The notes below the pieces were generated by a model that did not search any database, had not been told where the DNA came from, and saw only the letters and a list, made by a program, of their open reading frames with translations. A program made the translations under genes and the position numbers. A DNA stretch of 64,000 nucleotides from Candidatus Kaiserbacteria bacterium (GTDB lineage: Bacteria > Patescibacteriota > Minisyncoccia > Phycocordibacterales > UBA2100), in NCBI GenBank assembly GCA_016186765.1, contig JACPLD010000002.1, forward strand, positions 35,272 to 99,271, given 5' to 3'. Positions within the stretch are counted from its first letter, which is position 1. The number at the start of each line of letters is the position of its first letter. Of this stretch, positions 36,158 to 46,085 are shown piece after piece.

Positions 36158-38533
36158 ATGATCCGAAAAATCCGGAAGTTGTGGCGGAAGATGCCGGCGT
36201 GGATGGAGCTTTCACTTGTCGCGATGGCGGCGTTCTTTTTAATTGCGCTCGGGAGCGCGGTCGTGTGGGCGACTCTGACACCTATCCCCGCCATCGACAA
36301 CTTTGAGAATCGCAAGGTCGCAGAGTCGACAAAAATCTTCGATCGCACCGGCAACATTGTGCTTTTCGACGTCTATGGCCAGATCCGCCGCACCTCGGTA
36401 CCGCTCGAGGAAATTTCTCCATATATCCAGAAAGCGACGATCGCGATCGAAGACACCGAGTTCTACAACCACAGAGGCTTCCGCCCACTCTCCTTTGCGC
36501 GCGCACTGCTCGCGAATCTGAAAAGCGGAAGCTTTAGCCAGGGCGGATCCACCATCACACAGCAGGTCGTGAAAAATGCGCTGCTGACGCAGCGAAAAAC
36601 CATTGGCCGCAAGCTCGAGGAGATCATCCTCGCGCTCCGGCTCGAGCGCGCCTACACGAAGGAACAGATCCTGCAGACCTACCTCAACGAGACTTCCTAC
36701 GGTGGAACCATCTACGGGGTGCAGGAAGCAAGCCAGTACTTCTTCGGCGTCGACGCCAAAGACATCGACCTCGCGCAGGCCGCCTACCTCGCCGCATTAC
36801 CGCAAGCGCCCACACGCTACTCGCCCTATGGTAGCCATCGAGACCTTCTCGATGCCCGCCAAAAGCTCGTGCTGCGGCGCCTTCTCGATGAGAAACTGAT
36901 AACCGAGGAGGAGTACGAACAAGCTGCCGAAGAAGCCGTCACGTTCCGCGGCGGACAGACGGCAGGCATCAAGGCGCCGCACTTCGTCTTCTTCATCCGC
37001 GAGTACCTCGAAGAAAAGTATGGCGCCGACACCGTAGCGCAGGGGGGCCTTCGCGTCGTCACCACGCTCGACTGGGAGCTGCAGGAAAAAGCCGAAGAGG
37101 TTGTCAAAAAGCACGCGCCCTCGATGGAGAGAAATTTCAACGCTGGCAACGAGGGCGTCGTCGCGATCGAGCCCTCAACCGGGCAAATCCTCGCCATGGT
37201 CGGCTCACGCGACTACTTCGAAGAGAAAATCGACGGCGCGGTCAATGTGACGACCTCCTTCCAACAGCCGGGCTCGGCCTTCAAGCCCTTCGTCTATGCA
37301 ACCGCACTCGAGCGCGGCTACACGCCGGAGACAGTTGTCTTCGATCTGCAGACGCAGTTTTCGACAGCCTGCTCGCCGCAGGAGGTGACGAACTCTACGC
37401 CGCCCTGCTATGCGCCAACGAGCTTCGACAATACCTTCAAGGGTCCGGTGACATTCCGCGAAGCGCTCGCGCAATCCCTCAACATTCCCGGCGTGAAAAC
37501 CCTTTACCTCGTCGGCGTCGAAAACGCCTTGAAGATGGCAGAGCGCGTCGGCATCACGACACTCGGCAACGCGGCGGGCTATGGTCTCACGCTCGTTCTC
37601 GGCGGTGGCGATGTGACGCCCTTGGAGCTCACGGGCGCGTACGCCGTTCTCGCAAACGACGGTGTGAAAAATCCCCCGACGGGAATCCTTCGCGTGGAGG
37701 ACCGGGAGGGAAACGTCTTGGAAGAGTACGAGGAGCAAAGCGAACGAGTGATGGAAGCGCAGATCGCGAGACAGATCAGCGATATCCTTGCCGACAACGT
37801 CGCGCGCACACCCGAGTTTGGCGCAAACTCGCCGCTCTACTTCCCGGGCTACGACGTCGCGGCAAAAACAGGCACGACGAATGATTACTGGGACGTCTGG
37901 ATTCTCGGCTACACACCCTCAATTGCGATAGGTGCGTGGGCCGGCAACAACGACAACACGCCGATGGAAAAACGTATCGCTGCGTTCATCATCGCGCCGA
38001 TGTGGCACGAGATCATGGCGTTCGCGCTCGAAACGTATCCAGCAGAGTCGTTCACGCCACCTGCGCCGGAAAATGATGAGGCGCTCCCTCCGGTATTGCG
38101 GGGCAACTGGAACACCGACCCTTCACAGGGCGTGCACGAGATCCTCTACTGGGTCGACAAAGATAATCCCCGGAGCGGTCGCACCTCCAACCGCAGCGAT
38201 CGGCAGTTTCTCTACTGGGAGTATCCGCTTTCGCTCTGGGGTGCAAGCCTCGGCGCACCGAATGCGCCTCCCTTAGGATTTATCATCACCTCTCCTCCCA
38301 ATACTGGAGTCGTGCGCGCCTTCGAGCCGTTCACGCTCTCGGCGATGCACCCGCATCCGGAACTTGTGGAGCGCGTCTCCTACTACCTCAACGGTGGCTA
38401 TGTCGGTGCCTCTGTGCAAGCCCCATATGCCCTCACGCTCGTGCCGGAAGGCACCGGCGCGATGCAGCTCACCGCGGTTGCGGAAACCGCACTCGGCGCC
38501 GAAACGAGCACCATCATGTTCACCATCCAATAA
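36158..38533 (+). CDS. Class A penicillin-binding protein (glycosyltransferase plus transpeptidase)
   Basis: GT51 motifs (EDTEFYNHRGF, GGSTITQQ) and transpeptidase motifs (SAFKPF, KTGTT). Confidence 0.85.
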   Translation: MIRKIRKLWRKMPAWMELSLVAMAAFFLIALGSAVVWATLTPIPAIDNFENRKVAESTKIFDRTGNIVLFDVYGQIRRTSVPLEEISPYIQKATIAIEDTEFYNHRGFRPLSFARALLANLKSGSFSQGGSTITQQVVKNALLTQRKTIGRKLEEIILALRLERAYTKEQILQTYLNETSYGGTIYGVQEASQYFFGVDAKDIDLAQAAYLAALPQAPTRYSPYGSHRDLLDARQKLVLRRLLDEKLITEEEYEQAAEEAVTFRGGQTAGIKAPHFVFFIREYLEEKYGADTVAQGGLRVVTTLDWELQEKAEEVVKKHAPSMERNFNAGNEGVVAIEPSTGQILAMVGSRDYFEEKIDGAVNVTTSFQQPGSAFKPFVYATALERGYTPETVVFDLQTQFSTACSPQEVTNSTPPCYAPTSFDNTFKGPVTFREALAQSLNIPGVKTLYLVGVENALKMAERVGITTLGNAAGYGLTLVLGGGDVTPLELTGAYAVLANDGVKNPPTGILRVEDREGNVLEEYEEQSERVMEAQIARQISDILADNVARTPEFGANSPLYFPGYDVAAKTGTTNDYWDVWILGYTPSIAIGAWAGNNDNTPMEKRIAAFIIAPMWHEIMAFALETYPAESFTPPAPENDEALPPVLRGNWNTDPSQGVHEILYWVDKDNPRSGRTSNRSDRQFLYWEYPLSLWGASLGAPNAPPLGFIITSPPNTGVVRAFEPFTLSAMHPHPELVERVSYYLNGGYVGASVQAPYALTLVPEGTGAMQLTAVAETALGAETSTIMFTIQ

Positions 38534-38536
38534 AAG

Positions 38537-38618
38537 ACCAGTGAACAGAGAACAGTAAACAGCGAACAGAAGGGTGGGCTGTCTTTTGATTTACTGTTCT
38601 CTGTTTGCTGTTCGCTGG
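38537..38618. terminator. Long hairpin built from tandem GAACAG-type heptads; bidirectional terminator between PBP1A and dnaN
   Basis: Left arm CCAGTGAACAGAGAACAGTAAACAGCGAACAG, right arm CTGTTCTCTGTTTGCTGTTCGCTGG. Confidence 0.6.
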
Positions 38619-38621
38619 TCT

Positions 38622-39716
38622 CTATCTATTAAGGGGCATCACAAGGTACGTGAACGATGGATCCGAGACGCCCCTGATCACTAAGGGCTTCCCCGCACCT
38701 GAAAAGCCGAGAATGATGGAATCGGATTCGATAGTCGGCAGGCAATCTGCGAGGTAGCCGATGTGAAAATTGATGTCGAGGTCCTCCCCCGAGAGCGCGG
38801 CATCAAGCGAGTCTGACATCTCACCTATATCCGCGCTGCGCGCGGTCGCACTGAAAATCTTTCTACTAGGGTAAACATGGAAGCCGATGTGTTGATCATT
38901 GCCCGAAAAAACCCGTGCTTTCTTCAGCATTTCAGAGAGATCGCTTTTCAAAACGGTCGCTTCCGTAGAAAAGATCTTCGGGACGATCTCCTTGTAGTTC
39001 GGAAACGTGCCGTCAACGATGCGCGAGATGAAACGGACACCATCAGCGGAGACCGAAAGTTGTGATTCGTCAGCGGTAAGCTTCACCTGCGCTCCTTCAG
39101 CGTGTTCGAGCACGTGGGAAAGTTCGAGTGCGTGCCTGAGAGGAAGGAGCACCTCCTCTCCCCGCTCACTCGAGCCGATCATCTTCTCGGCGAGCCTGAA
39201 CGAATCGGTTGCGACACAGATAACCCCAGTGGCTCCCACTAAAAGGTAGATGCTCCCCAACTCCGGTCGTATCATTGAGGGTGAGGCCGCATACGAAACA
39301 GCCTGCAAGCCTCGCAAGAGTTGCTCTCGAGAAACATTCTCCCCCTTCCCGTCTGTCGGTGGCGAGAGGGTCGGGAACTCATCGTGCGGCATACCCTTTA
39401 TAACGGTCTTCGTCCCCCTCGATTCAATGAGGAGGTTGCCATCCTCCGCCGACAAAGTCACCTTGTCACCGTGGGTTGAGCGCAGAGTTTGCGAAAGCAC
39501 GATAGCGGGCACCGCGATGATCCCTTTTTCATCAACCTCACCAGGGACAACAACCTCAACACCTGCTTCAAGATTTGTTGCCCGTAGTACGATGGTTTTC
39601 CCACTCACCTCAAGAAGGATGCAGGATAGTGTTGGGAGTGTTTCCTTCTTACCCGTGAGCCTCTCCGCAATGAGAACACCACCCAGAATCTTTTCTTTGG
39701 TTGTTGATGCTCTCAT
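38622..39716 (-). CDS. dnaN: DNA polymerase III beta sliding clamp
   Basis: Full-length DnaN-like sequence and its position after dnaA. Confidence 0.85.
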   Translation of the reverse strand: MRASTTKEKILGGVLIAERLTGKKETLPTLSCILLEVSGKTIVLRATNLEAGVEVVVPGEVDEKGIIAVPAIVLSQTLRSTHGDKVTLSAEDGNLLIESRGTKTVIKGMPHDEFPTLSPPTDGKGENVSREQLLRGLQAVSYAASPSMIRPELGSIYLLVGATGVICVATDSFRLAEKMIGSSERGEEVLLPLRHALELSHVLEHAEGAQVKLTADESQLSVSADGVRFISRIVDGTFPNYKEIVPKIFSTEATVLKSDLSEMLKKARVFSGNDQHIGFHVYPSRKIFSATARSADIGEMSDSLDAALSGEDLDINFHIGYLADCLPTIESDSIILGFSGAGKPLVIRGVSDPSFTYLVMPLNR

Positions 39717-39943
39717 ACTATTCTTTTATATATAAATACTATTACTACTACTAGTCCTGTGGATATGGGGTATATGTTGAATTGATCGAGGGATTAATCG
39801 ACTGTTTGGTTTTTGAGATATGTTGAAAACATTCGGATTCGATGTTGGTGATGTGGATGAGATGCGACTACGTGGTAGTAGGTGTTGAAAAGAGTAAAGA
39901 TGTTCTCTGGTAATTCGGGTAGCAATTCACAGGAAATCCGCTG
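39717..39943. promoter_or_regulatory. Candidate oriC / DNA unwinding region between dnaA and dnaN
   Basis: A strongly AT-rich island in a 60% GC genome, with DnaA-box-like 9-mers ATATCCACA (complement of 39757-39765) and TCATCCACA (complement of 39853-39861). Confidence 0.5.
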
Positions 39944-41302
39944 CTACGAATGGATTAATGTACGAAGGTGGTCGATTTCCTGCTCGAGTGACGTGTTCGA
40001 TTTTATCTCCTCTTTTATCTTCTCGCATGAATGAATTACCGTCGTGTGGTCGCGCCCGCCGAGCTTCTCGCCGATCGAGGGATACGACACACTGAATTCT
40101 TCCCGCAGCATGTACATAATGACTTGCCGTGGCTTCACCACTTCTTTCTTGCGCGTTTTTTCGTAAATGCTCTTTTCGTTCACCTCGTAGTAGCTTGCGA
40201 TACGGCGCACCACCTCTTCAACAGATATCCCTCTATTCGGCTTGATATTGTGCTTGATGAGCGCGCGCACGTCCGCTTGTGTCACTCCCTTTCCTTTCAG
40301 CTGGGAGCGGCACACGATCATGTTGAGTATACCCTCGAGCTCGCGGATATTGCCGCGGACGTTCTCCGCGATATAGAGGATAATGTCCTCGGGAATAGAA
40401 AAACCGTGCTGGTCGAGCTTCGCCTTGATGATCGCGATGCGAGATTCCATGTCTGGCTCTGGGATCTCTGCGATCATGCCGGCGCTAAAGCGGCCGCGCA
40501 GACGCTCTTCAAGTCCGGAGAGCATTGCGGGGTGCTTATCAGAAGAAAAGACGATCTGCTTGTTGTTGTCGTAGAGCGTGTTGAAGAGGTGGAAGAGCTC
40601 TTCCTGTGTTTTTTCTGTGTTCGCGATGAACTGCACATCGTCCATGACGAGTATATCGTATGCCCGGTACTGATCTTTGAATGAGTTGGCACGACCGGCG
40701 CGCACCGCGTTTAAGTAGTCGACAGAGAAACGCTCACTCGTGACGTAGAGAACCTTCTTGCTCGCATGCGTTTTCTTGAAACGGTTCCCGACGGCCTGAA
40801 TGAGGTGTGTCTTACCGCGTCCGGTTGCCCCGTAAACGAAGAGCGGATTGTATGCGAGGCCCGGACGCTCGATGACTGCTTTCGCGGCAGCGTGCGCGAG
40901 CTGGTTGAAGGGTCCGACGACGAACGTCTCGAAGGTGTAGCGCGGGTTCAGATTGTCGCGCTTGTCGATATAGAGGTTGTCGAGGTCGAGTGATGCGTTC
41001 TCTGGTGCCTGAACACGCGCCGGCCGCCTCTCCGCGGCCGCGGGAGCGCGGTGCACGACGTACTCGACGCTGCGGATGCTCGCGTCAAGGCCGCGGAGGG
41101 CTTTGAGGACGAGCTTGTTGTGCTTCTCGACGAGCCACTCCTTCACGATCTTAGAAGGAACGGCGACTTGGACGACTCCGCTGGAGCGCCCGGCGATGTC
41201 GGTGTTCTTGAACCACGTTCGAAAACTTGCCTCCGATGTGCCAAGCTCGATCTGGACGAGAGCATTTTGCCAAAGCTCGCGGTTGCTTAGGGGAAACGAC
41301 AT
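39944..41302 (-). CDS. dnaA: Chromosomal replication initiator DnaA
   Basis: GATGRGKTHL, LMDDVQF, and the C-terminal VLREEFSVSYPSIGEKLGGRDHTTV. Confidence 0.9.
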   Translation of the reverse strand: MSFPLSNRELWQNALVQIELGTSEASFRTWFKNTDIAGRSSGVVQVAVPSKIVKEWLVEKHNKLVLKALRGLDASIRSVEYVVHRAPAAAERRPARVQAPENASLDLDNLYIDKRDNLNPRYTFETFVVGPFNQLAHAAAKAVIERPGLAYNPLFVYGATGRGKTHLIQAVGNRFKKTHASKKVLYVTSERFSVDYLNAVRAGRANSFKDQYRAYDILVMDDVQFIANTEKTQEELFHLFNTLYDNNKQIVFSSDKHPAMLSGLEERLRGRFSAGMIAEIPEPDMESRIAIIKAKLDQHGFSIPEDIILYIAENVRGNIRELEGILNMIVCRSQLKGKGVTQADVRALIKHNIKPNRGISVEEVVRRIASYYEVNEKSIYEKTRKKEVVKPRQVIMYMLREEFSVSYPSIGEKLGGRDHTTVIHSCEKIKEEIKSNTSLEQEIDHLRTLIHS

Positions 41303-41470
41303 AGAAGAAGTGAAGCTCGGACATTATACGCGCACCATTCCCTACGCAAAGATTGCGCAATCGCGCTCCGTGTGTTCACATCATGGGGACAAGGTGGGGA
41401 CATCATTTGCTGCAGCAGGCTGCTGCTCACTCATTTGGAAAAATAAGGAAATCAGGGTATGGTGCTCGTC

Positions 41471-41605
41471 ATGAAACGAACCTATCAGCCGAAAAAGCGC
41501 AAGCGCGCGCGAACGCACGGGTTTCTGAAGCGATCACGTAGCCGCGGCGGACGGCGCGTGCTCATGCGACGGCGCCGCAGAGCGCGCGCGCGGCTTTCTG
41601 CATAG
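41471..41605 (+). CDS. rpmH: 50S ribosomal protein L34
   Basis: [44 protein letters not shown], 44 aa; below the ORF-track length cutoff. Confidence 0.85.
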   Translation: MKRTYQPKKRKRARTHGFLKRSRSRGGRRVLMRRRRRARARLSA

Positions 41606-41608
41606 GCA

Positions 41609-41941
41609 ATGAAGAGAAACTCTCGCCTGACGCGCGTCGATTTTCCGGCTGCCCGCGTACGGGTACGATTCCACGGCGCGTTTTTCTCGCTCTCGGCCTC
41701 GCCGCTATCGCGCGAGCGTCAGACCTCGTTCACATGCGTTGTTTCGAAGCGCGTCGCGCAGAACGCGACGCAAAGAAATCTCATCAAGCGTCGCTGTCGC
41801 GAGGCCGTGCGTGCTCGTTTACGGACATTCACGGCTGAAACACCGCCCGCACTTGTGTTTCGCGCAAAAAAGGAAGCCGCAGGCGCGTCGTTTAGTATGA
41901 TAAAGCGTGATGTAGACACTCTCGTCGATAAAATTTCATAG
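41609..41941 (+). CDS. rnpA: RNase P protein component
   Basis: Position after rpmH; basic; KRRCREAVRARLR motif. Confidence 0.7.
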   Translation: MKRNSRLTRVDFPAARVRVRFHGAFFSLSASPLSRERQTSFTCVVSKRVAQNATQRNLIKRRCREAVRARLRTFTAETPPALVFRAKKEAAGASFSMIKRDVDTLVDKIS

Positions 41942-41994
41942 AGCCTTCTTCGTACTCTATACTCCATACTCCATACGCGGTACAATCTGCGACA

Positions 41995-42714
41995 ATGATC
42001 TCCGCTGTGTTCCATGTGTTCATCTATGACCCGCTCTACAACGGGCTCGTTTTTTTGGTGGGCATTATGCCAACGCACGATGTCGGCCTTGCCGTGATCG
42101 TGCTCACCATCTTGGTACGCGTACTTCTCTTTCCTCTCTCGCGCCGCGCTGTGGAGACGCAGCTTGCGATGAAGAAGATCGCACCAGACGTCGAACGTCT
42201 CAAGCAGAAGTACAAAGCAAACCGTGAGGAGCAAGCAAAAGCACTCTTTGCTCTCTATCGCGAGCATGGCGTTCATCCTTTTGCGAGTATCGGACTTCTT
42301 CTGGCGCAACTCCCGGTCCTCTTCGCACTCTACTGGATATTCGCCAGCGGCGGCTTGCCGGATATTCATCCCGAGCTTTTGTATTCGTTTATTTCCCCGC
42401 CGGAAGGTGTGAACATGGCCTTCCTCGGGCTTCTTGACATGGCGGGGCACAGCATTGAGCTCGGCGTTTTGGCTGCGATCACGCAGTTTGTGTACACACG
42501 ACTCTCGATGGGCGCTCCAGAAAAAAAGTCTGCGGGAGAAAGCGCAACGTTCTCAGCCGATCTCGCGCGCAGCTTTGAGGTGCAGGCGCGCTATGTGCTT
42601 CCTGCGACGTTCGTGGTGCTCTCCTTCTTTATCCCAAGCGCGGCTATGCTCTACCTTACGACGAGCAACGCGTTCATGATCGGACAAGAGCTCTTTGCGG
42701 GGAGAAGGTTTTAG
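41995..42714 (+). CDS. yidC: Membrane protein insertase YidC (short form)
   Basis: Five TM helices and the YidC/Oxa1 pattern LLAQLPVLFALYWIF; located after rnpA. Confidence 0.8.
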   Translation: MISAVFHVFIYDPLYNGLVFLVGIMPTHDVGLAVIVLTILVRVLLFPLSRRAVETQLAMKKIAPDVERLKQKYKANREEQAKALFALYREHGVHPFASIGLLLAQLPVLFALYWIFASGGLPDIHPELLYSFISPPEGVNMAFLGLLDMAGHSIELGVLAAITQFVYTRLSMGAPEKKSAGESATFSADLARSFEVQARYVLPATFVVLSFFIPSAAMLYLTTSNAFMIGQELFAGRRF

Positions 42715-42791
42715 GCTTTAGAAGGTTTAAGGTGTCAGGTGTAAGGGGAAAGAATTTGCCTTATCCCTAAAACCTTTCCCCTGCTACCTTC

Positions 42792-43319
42792 GTGCTGTAT
42801 AGTGCCCCGATGAACGATACCGTCGGTTCGACTATCGAAACGATATTGAAGGAACTTTTAGATGCCACCGGAGTAGCTTATACGGGTATTTCACGTAGCG
42901 ATGTTGCCGGGCAGGCAATTTTCGCTATTTCTGCTGACGATGGGCGGACCCTCATTGGCACGCACGGCGATACGGTGCACGCACTCGACCATCTGGTAAA
43001 AAAGATCGTCGAGAAACGCCTTGGCGGAACCCGCGAGACAGTGGAAGGTGGGGGTGCTGAAGGAGAACGGCCCGAACTTCACTTTTTAGTCGACGTGAAC
43101 GATTACCGAGCGAAGCAGATCAAAGAGCTCCAACAGAAGGCTCTCATGATGGCAGAGCGGGCGCGTTCGTTCCAGTATGACGTTGAACTCTCTCCGATGA
43201 CTGCCTACGAGCGTCTCATCATTCACACGACGCTGCAGAACGAGCCGAATGTGAAGACGGAGTCGCAGGGCGAGGGGCGCAATCGCCGCGTCGTGATCCG
43301 CTACACCAGCGCCGCGTAG
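42792..43319 (+). CDS. Jag/KhpB RNA-binding protein (KH plus R3H)
   Basis: Position after yidC and a C-terminal R3H-like segment. Confidence 0.7.
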   Translation: MLYSAPMNDTVGSTIETILKELLDATGVAYTGISRSDVAGQAIFAISADDGRTLIGTHGDTVHALDHLVKKIVEKRLGGTRETVEGGGAEGERPELHFLVDVNDYRAKQIKELQQKALMMAERARSFQYDVELSPMTAYERLIIHTTLQNEPNVKTESQGEGRNRRVVIRYTSAA

Positions 43320-43328
43320 GAGAATTGT

Positions 43329-43772
43329 TCAATAGAGGGGCGGAGCTGTCCGACCGCCGCCGACGTTTGCTCCTTCGCGGAAGCCGATTTCCAGTTTTAG
43401 AATGTCCGGATTGATCTGATAGAGGATGAGCCAGACCGCAAGCAGGAGAAAGAGGCCGAGGAGTGTATCTCTGATTATCTCTTTCGCCCTGTCTTTCGAT
43501 GTCCAGAGGTCACTCGACATGTAGACGAAGCCTGCCCACGCGAGCCGCAGGACCGCGAGTATGGCACCGGCCGCGATCGCGCCGACAAAAACTCTGTTCA
43601 TGAATGGACCGAGTTCAGTCTCGCTGTATGCACCGCGGAGTTTCGGCGAGTCGCCAAAGCTCTCAAGCGGAACGAATACCTGCGCGGATGCGATATCAAC
43701 ACTCAGCGCAACAATTGCGCAAGAGGCAACCAGAATGAGCACGAAGAGGATCCTTGTACGAGGAAGCGTCAT
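43329..43772 (-). CDS. Putative T4SS pilin-like protein (VirB2/TrbC-like) with signal peptide and two TM helices
   Basis: Signal peptide (ILFVLILVASCAIVALSVDIASAQ) followed by a small two-TM mature part; last gene of the T4SS-like operon. Confidence 0.35.
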   Translation of the reverse strand: MTLPRTRILFVLILVASCAIVALSVDIASAQVFVPLESFGDSPKLRGAYSETELGPFMNRVFVGAIAAGAILAVLRLAWAGFVYMSSDLWTSKDRAKEIIRDTLLGLFLLLAVWLILYQINPDILKLEIGFREGANVGGGRTAPPLY

Positions 43773-43773
43773 A

Positions 43774-44991
43774 CTATTCTTCGATGCGCAAAAGCCAGAG
43801 CGTTTTGTCGATCGCGTTCCCGAAGGCGATGTAGTTCCCGTTCGCATCGATTGCAGGCTCTTCGACGTCGAAGGTCGTATTTGCAGATCCGTAGAGCGGC
43901 TCGGCCGCGTTTGCGCTCACATCGACTTTCCACCACGCGTCGGATGTGTGCATCTCCCCCCGGTACCATGCATCGAGAAAATTCGTAGGTGGAAGTTGCT
44001 GCGGCACCGCGCAATACGCGGTGAGCGCAGAGGGAGCCCACACACATTTGTCGGCGACGGTGCGAATCGGAAGAAGGACCGTGGAGATGGCGTCAGTTCG
44101 GGCGAAAAGTGATACGTTCTGTGCCGAAGATCCATAGAGGTGCGCGGAGAGCTTCGGGTGCGGCAGGAACGTAAGGCCTTGCACGTTCTCGACGATTGGC
44201 TGAAGTGAATTTTCCCGCACGAGGTACGCGTGCCCAGCCGCGTTATCGGAGGCATTTTCGACGGCCGTGATTCTGCCATCAGAGAGAAAATCGATCTGCC
44301 AGCCCAATACTGCCGAATCGAAGATCTTTTTTTGTTTTTTTTCGTCCCACGAGGTGCGAATACCTGCGCTGCCTTGGAGCGTGTCGACAATGTAGAATAG
44401 TTCTGCGCCACTTGGATCCATCGCGATTGAGCGGATATTGTTTACGAGACGTCTCTGCTTGAGGGTAGCCGGCGCCTGCGGAGATGTGCTTGTGGAAATT
44501 TCTCCTGCAACAGTCGCGACGGCTCCGGCCTCGTCGATGCCGCGCATAATCACGCGATCGCCTGCGACGAGCGCTTCGTAGGTACGCGGCACGAGCGTGT
44601 TGGTGAGGCGTTCGAGCGCGCCCGTTTCCGGAGAGACGTCGAAGATGTATCCCGATCCGCGCTCGACGAAGCGCAGCTGCGACACCCCATCCCTTTGGAC
44701 GAAGGCATGCCCCGCCGTTGGCGTTTTCCCGACCTGTGTGAGACGAGGTAGTCCGTTTTCTTCGCTCTGTATGATCCCACCGACAAGCGTGGAGAAACTC
44801 GAAACGATGTTCTCATACGTGCTCCCGATCTGCTCGCTAAACGGCTGTGGCAGTCCTATGCCGCGTCCCACGTCCTCCTCGGTTATGTTCGTCCTCTCTT
44901 CTTTGAGGAAAAAGTACCAGCCGGCGAGCGCTGCGAGCATCACGACGACGAGAGCGATGAGCACGTATTGAATGATTGAAATCGGCTTCAT
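43774..44991 (-). CDS. Hypothetical membrane-anchored protein, T4SS-associated
   Basis: N-terminal TM (MKPISIIQYVLIALVVVML) and a beta-rich ectodomain. Confidence 0.45.
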   Translation of the reverse strand: MKPISIIQYVLIALVVVMLAALAGWYFFLKEERTNITEEDVGRGIGLPQPFSEQIGSTYENIVSSFSTLVGGIIQSEENGLPRLTQVGKTPTAGHAFVQRDGVSQLRFVERGSGYIFDVSPETGALERLTNTLVPRTYEALVAGDRVIMRGIDEAGAVATVAGEISTSTSPQAPATLKQRRLVNNIRSIAMDPSGAELFYIVDTLQGSAGIRTSWDEKKQKKIFDSAVLGWQIDFLSDGRITAVENASDNAAGHAYLVRENSLQPIVENVQGLTFLPHPKLSAHLYGSSAQNVSLFARTDAISTVLLPIRTVADKCVWAPSALTAYCAVPQQLPPTNFLDAWYRGEMHTSDAWWKVDVSANAAEPLYGSANTTFDVEEPAIDANGNYIAFGNAIDKTLWLLRIEE

Positions 44992-44996
44992 ACTTG

Positions 44997-46037
44997 TCAC
45001 TCGCTTCCCACAAAGGGAGCTTGAGCGCCAGCGCTCTGGAAATTTACCAGCCACGAGCCAGGCGCATTGATGAAAAGATTTGTAGCATGCTTGAGCAGGA
45101 GCTCAATGAGTGCGCTTCCACTCGAGCCAGATGCGTTGATCGTGAGTCCACTCGGGTGCTCTGGATCATTTGCGATCCCAATATCATTCACGCGCCAATT
45201 GTAGATTAGGGCGGTATCATCGGGACTTGCAGCCTCGGCGAAGTATGGCACGGCAGCAAATGTCGTCTCTATCTCGGGGATCTGATTCTCGCGCGCAAGC
45301 GCGCGGTGGTAGGCGATGCCGAACACCGGATCGTTCTCGTAGAGTGCGACGTGTGGTTCCTGCGAACTGATGCGCGCGCTTGCAACACCCTGGAGTCTCC
45401 CATCGGATGTTTTTGCTTCTACCGATATCGTCTCGGAGGCAAACAGTGGTGGGCTCTCGACAGTAGCTTTCGACTTGCCGCGGCCCGATGCCGCAGCTAT
45501 CACGTAGCCGTCTCTTTTCCAGGTGAAGATAATGTCGCGCAGTGGTACTGAAGAGCCGCTTCGAACAAAGCGAGGGATCGCCTCGAGACGGAGGTTCGTG
45601 CCGGCTGAAGGGAGCGCGCGTCCGCGATAGAACGGCGGCACGTACGAATCCGCTTCCCATAATAAGTCGAGCTCGACGGGGGCAATGGTCGCTTCGGCTG
45701 AGGAAAACTCTAGAGCGTTTTCTAGTGCGGTGACCGTCAGTTGTGTCTCGCTCCCGAGCGCTCCTGCAGTCACGTCAACCTCGGTGACGCCAATTCCCTC
45801 CGCGATAGGTTTACCGTTTGCGCTCCACCTAAGTTGCGTTTCTGAAAGATCTAGGAGGCTCGAGCGCGCTCGCGCGTGCAGGCGCTCTCCCGGCGCGGGA
45901 TGCGCCGGGGTGAGCTCAAGCGCGAGGTCGACGCCGAAGATGAGATCGAACTGGGCGTACGCGGGCGGAGCGGCCATTAGTGCCAAGCAAAAAAGGGTAC
46001 AAAGAAGGAGCGCGTTTCGCATCGCCATGACCGGCAT
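44997..46037 (-). CDS. Hypothetical secreted protein, T4SS-associated
   Basis: Signal peptide MAMRNALLLCTLFCLALMAAPPAYAQ. Confidence 0.45.
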   Translation of the reverse strand: MPVMAMRNALLLCTLFCLALMAAPPAYAQFDLIFGVDLALELTPAHPAPGERLHARARSSLLDLSETQLRWSANGKPIAEGIGVTEVDVTAGALGSETQLTVTALENALEFSSAEATIAPVELDLLWEADSYVPPFYRGRALPSAGTNLRLEAIPRFVRSGSSVPLRDIIFTWKRDGYVIAAASGRGKSKATVESPPLFASETISVEAKTSDGRLQGVASARISSQEPHVALYENDPVFGIAYHRALARENQIPEIETTFAAVPYFAEAASPDDTALIYNWRVNDIGIANDPEHPSGLTINASGSSGSALIELLLKHATNLFINAPGSWLVNFQSAGAQAPFVGSE

Positions 46038-46085
46038 TATACCGCGCTCTTCTGTCGCTCCTGGACAAGGCAGGGCATGCGAGCA

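Noticed and set aside
38537-38618. CRISPR array interpretation of the GAACAG repeat blocks
   Set aside because: The units are 7-nt tandem heptads with no spacers, and the blocks are 30-40 nt long, so they are not CRISPR.
40031-40684. Plus-strand 217-aa ORF inside dnaA
   Set aside because: Antisense to dnaA.
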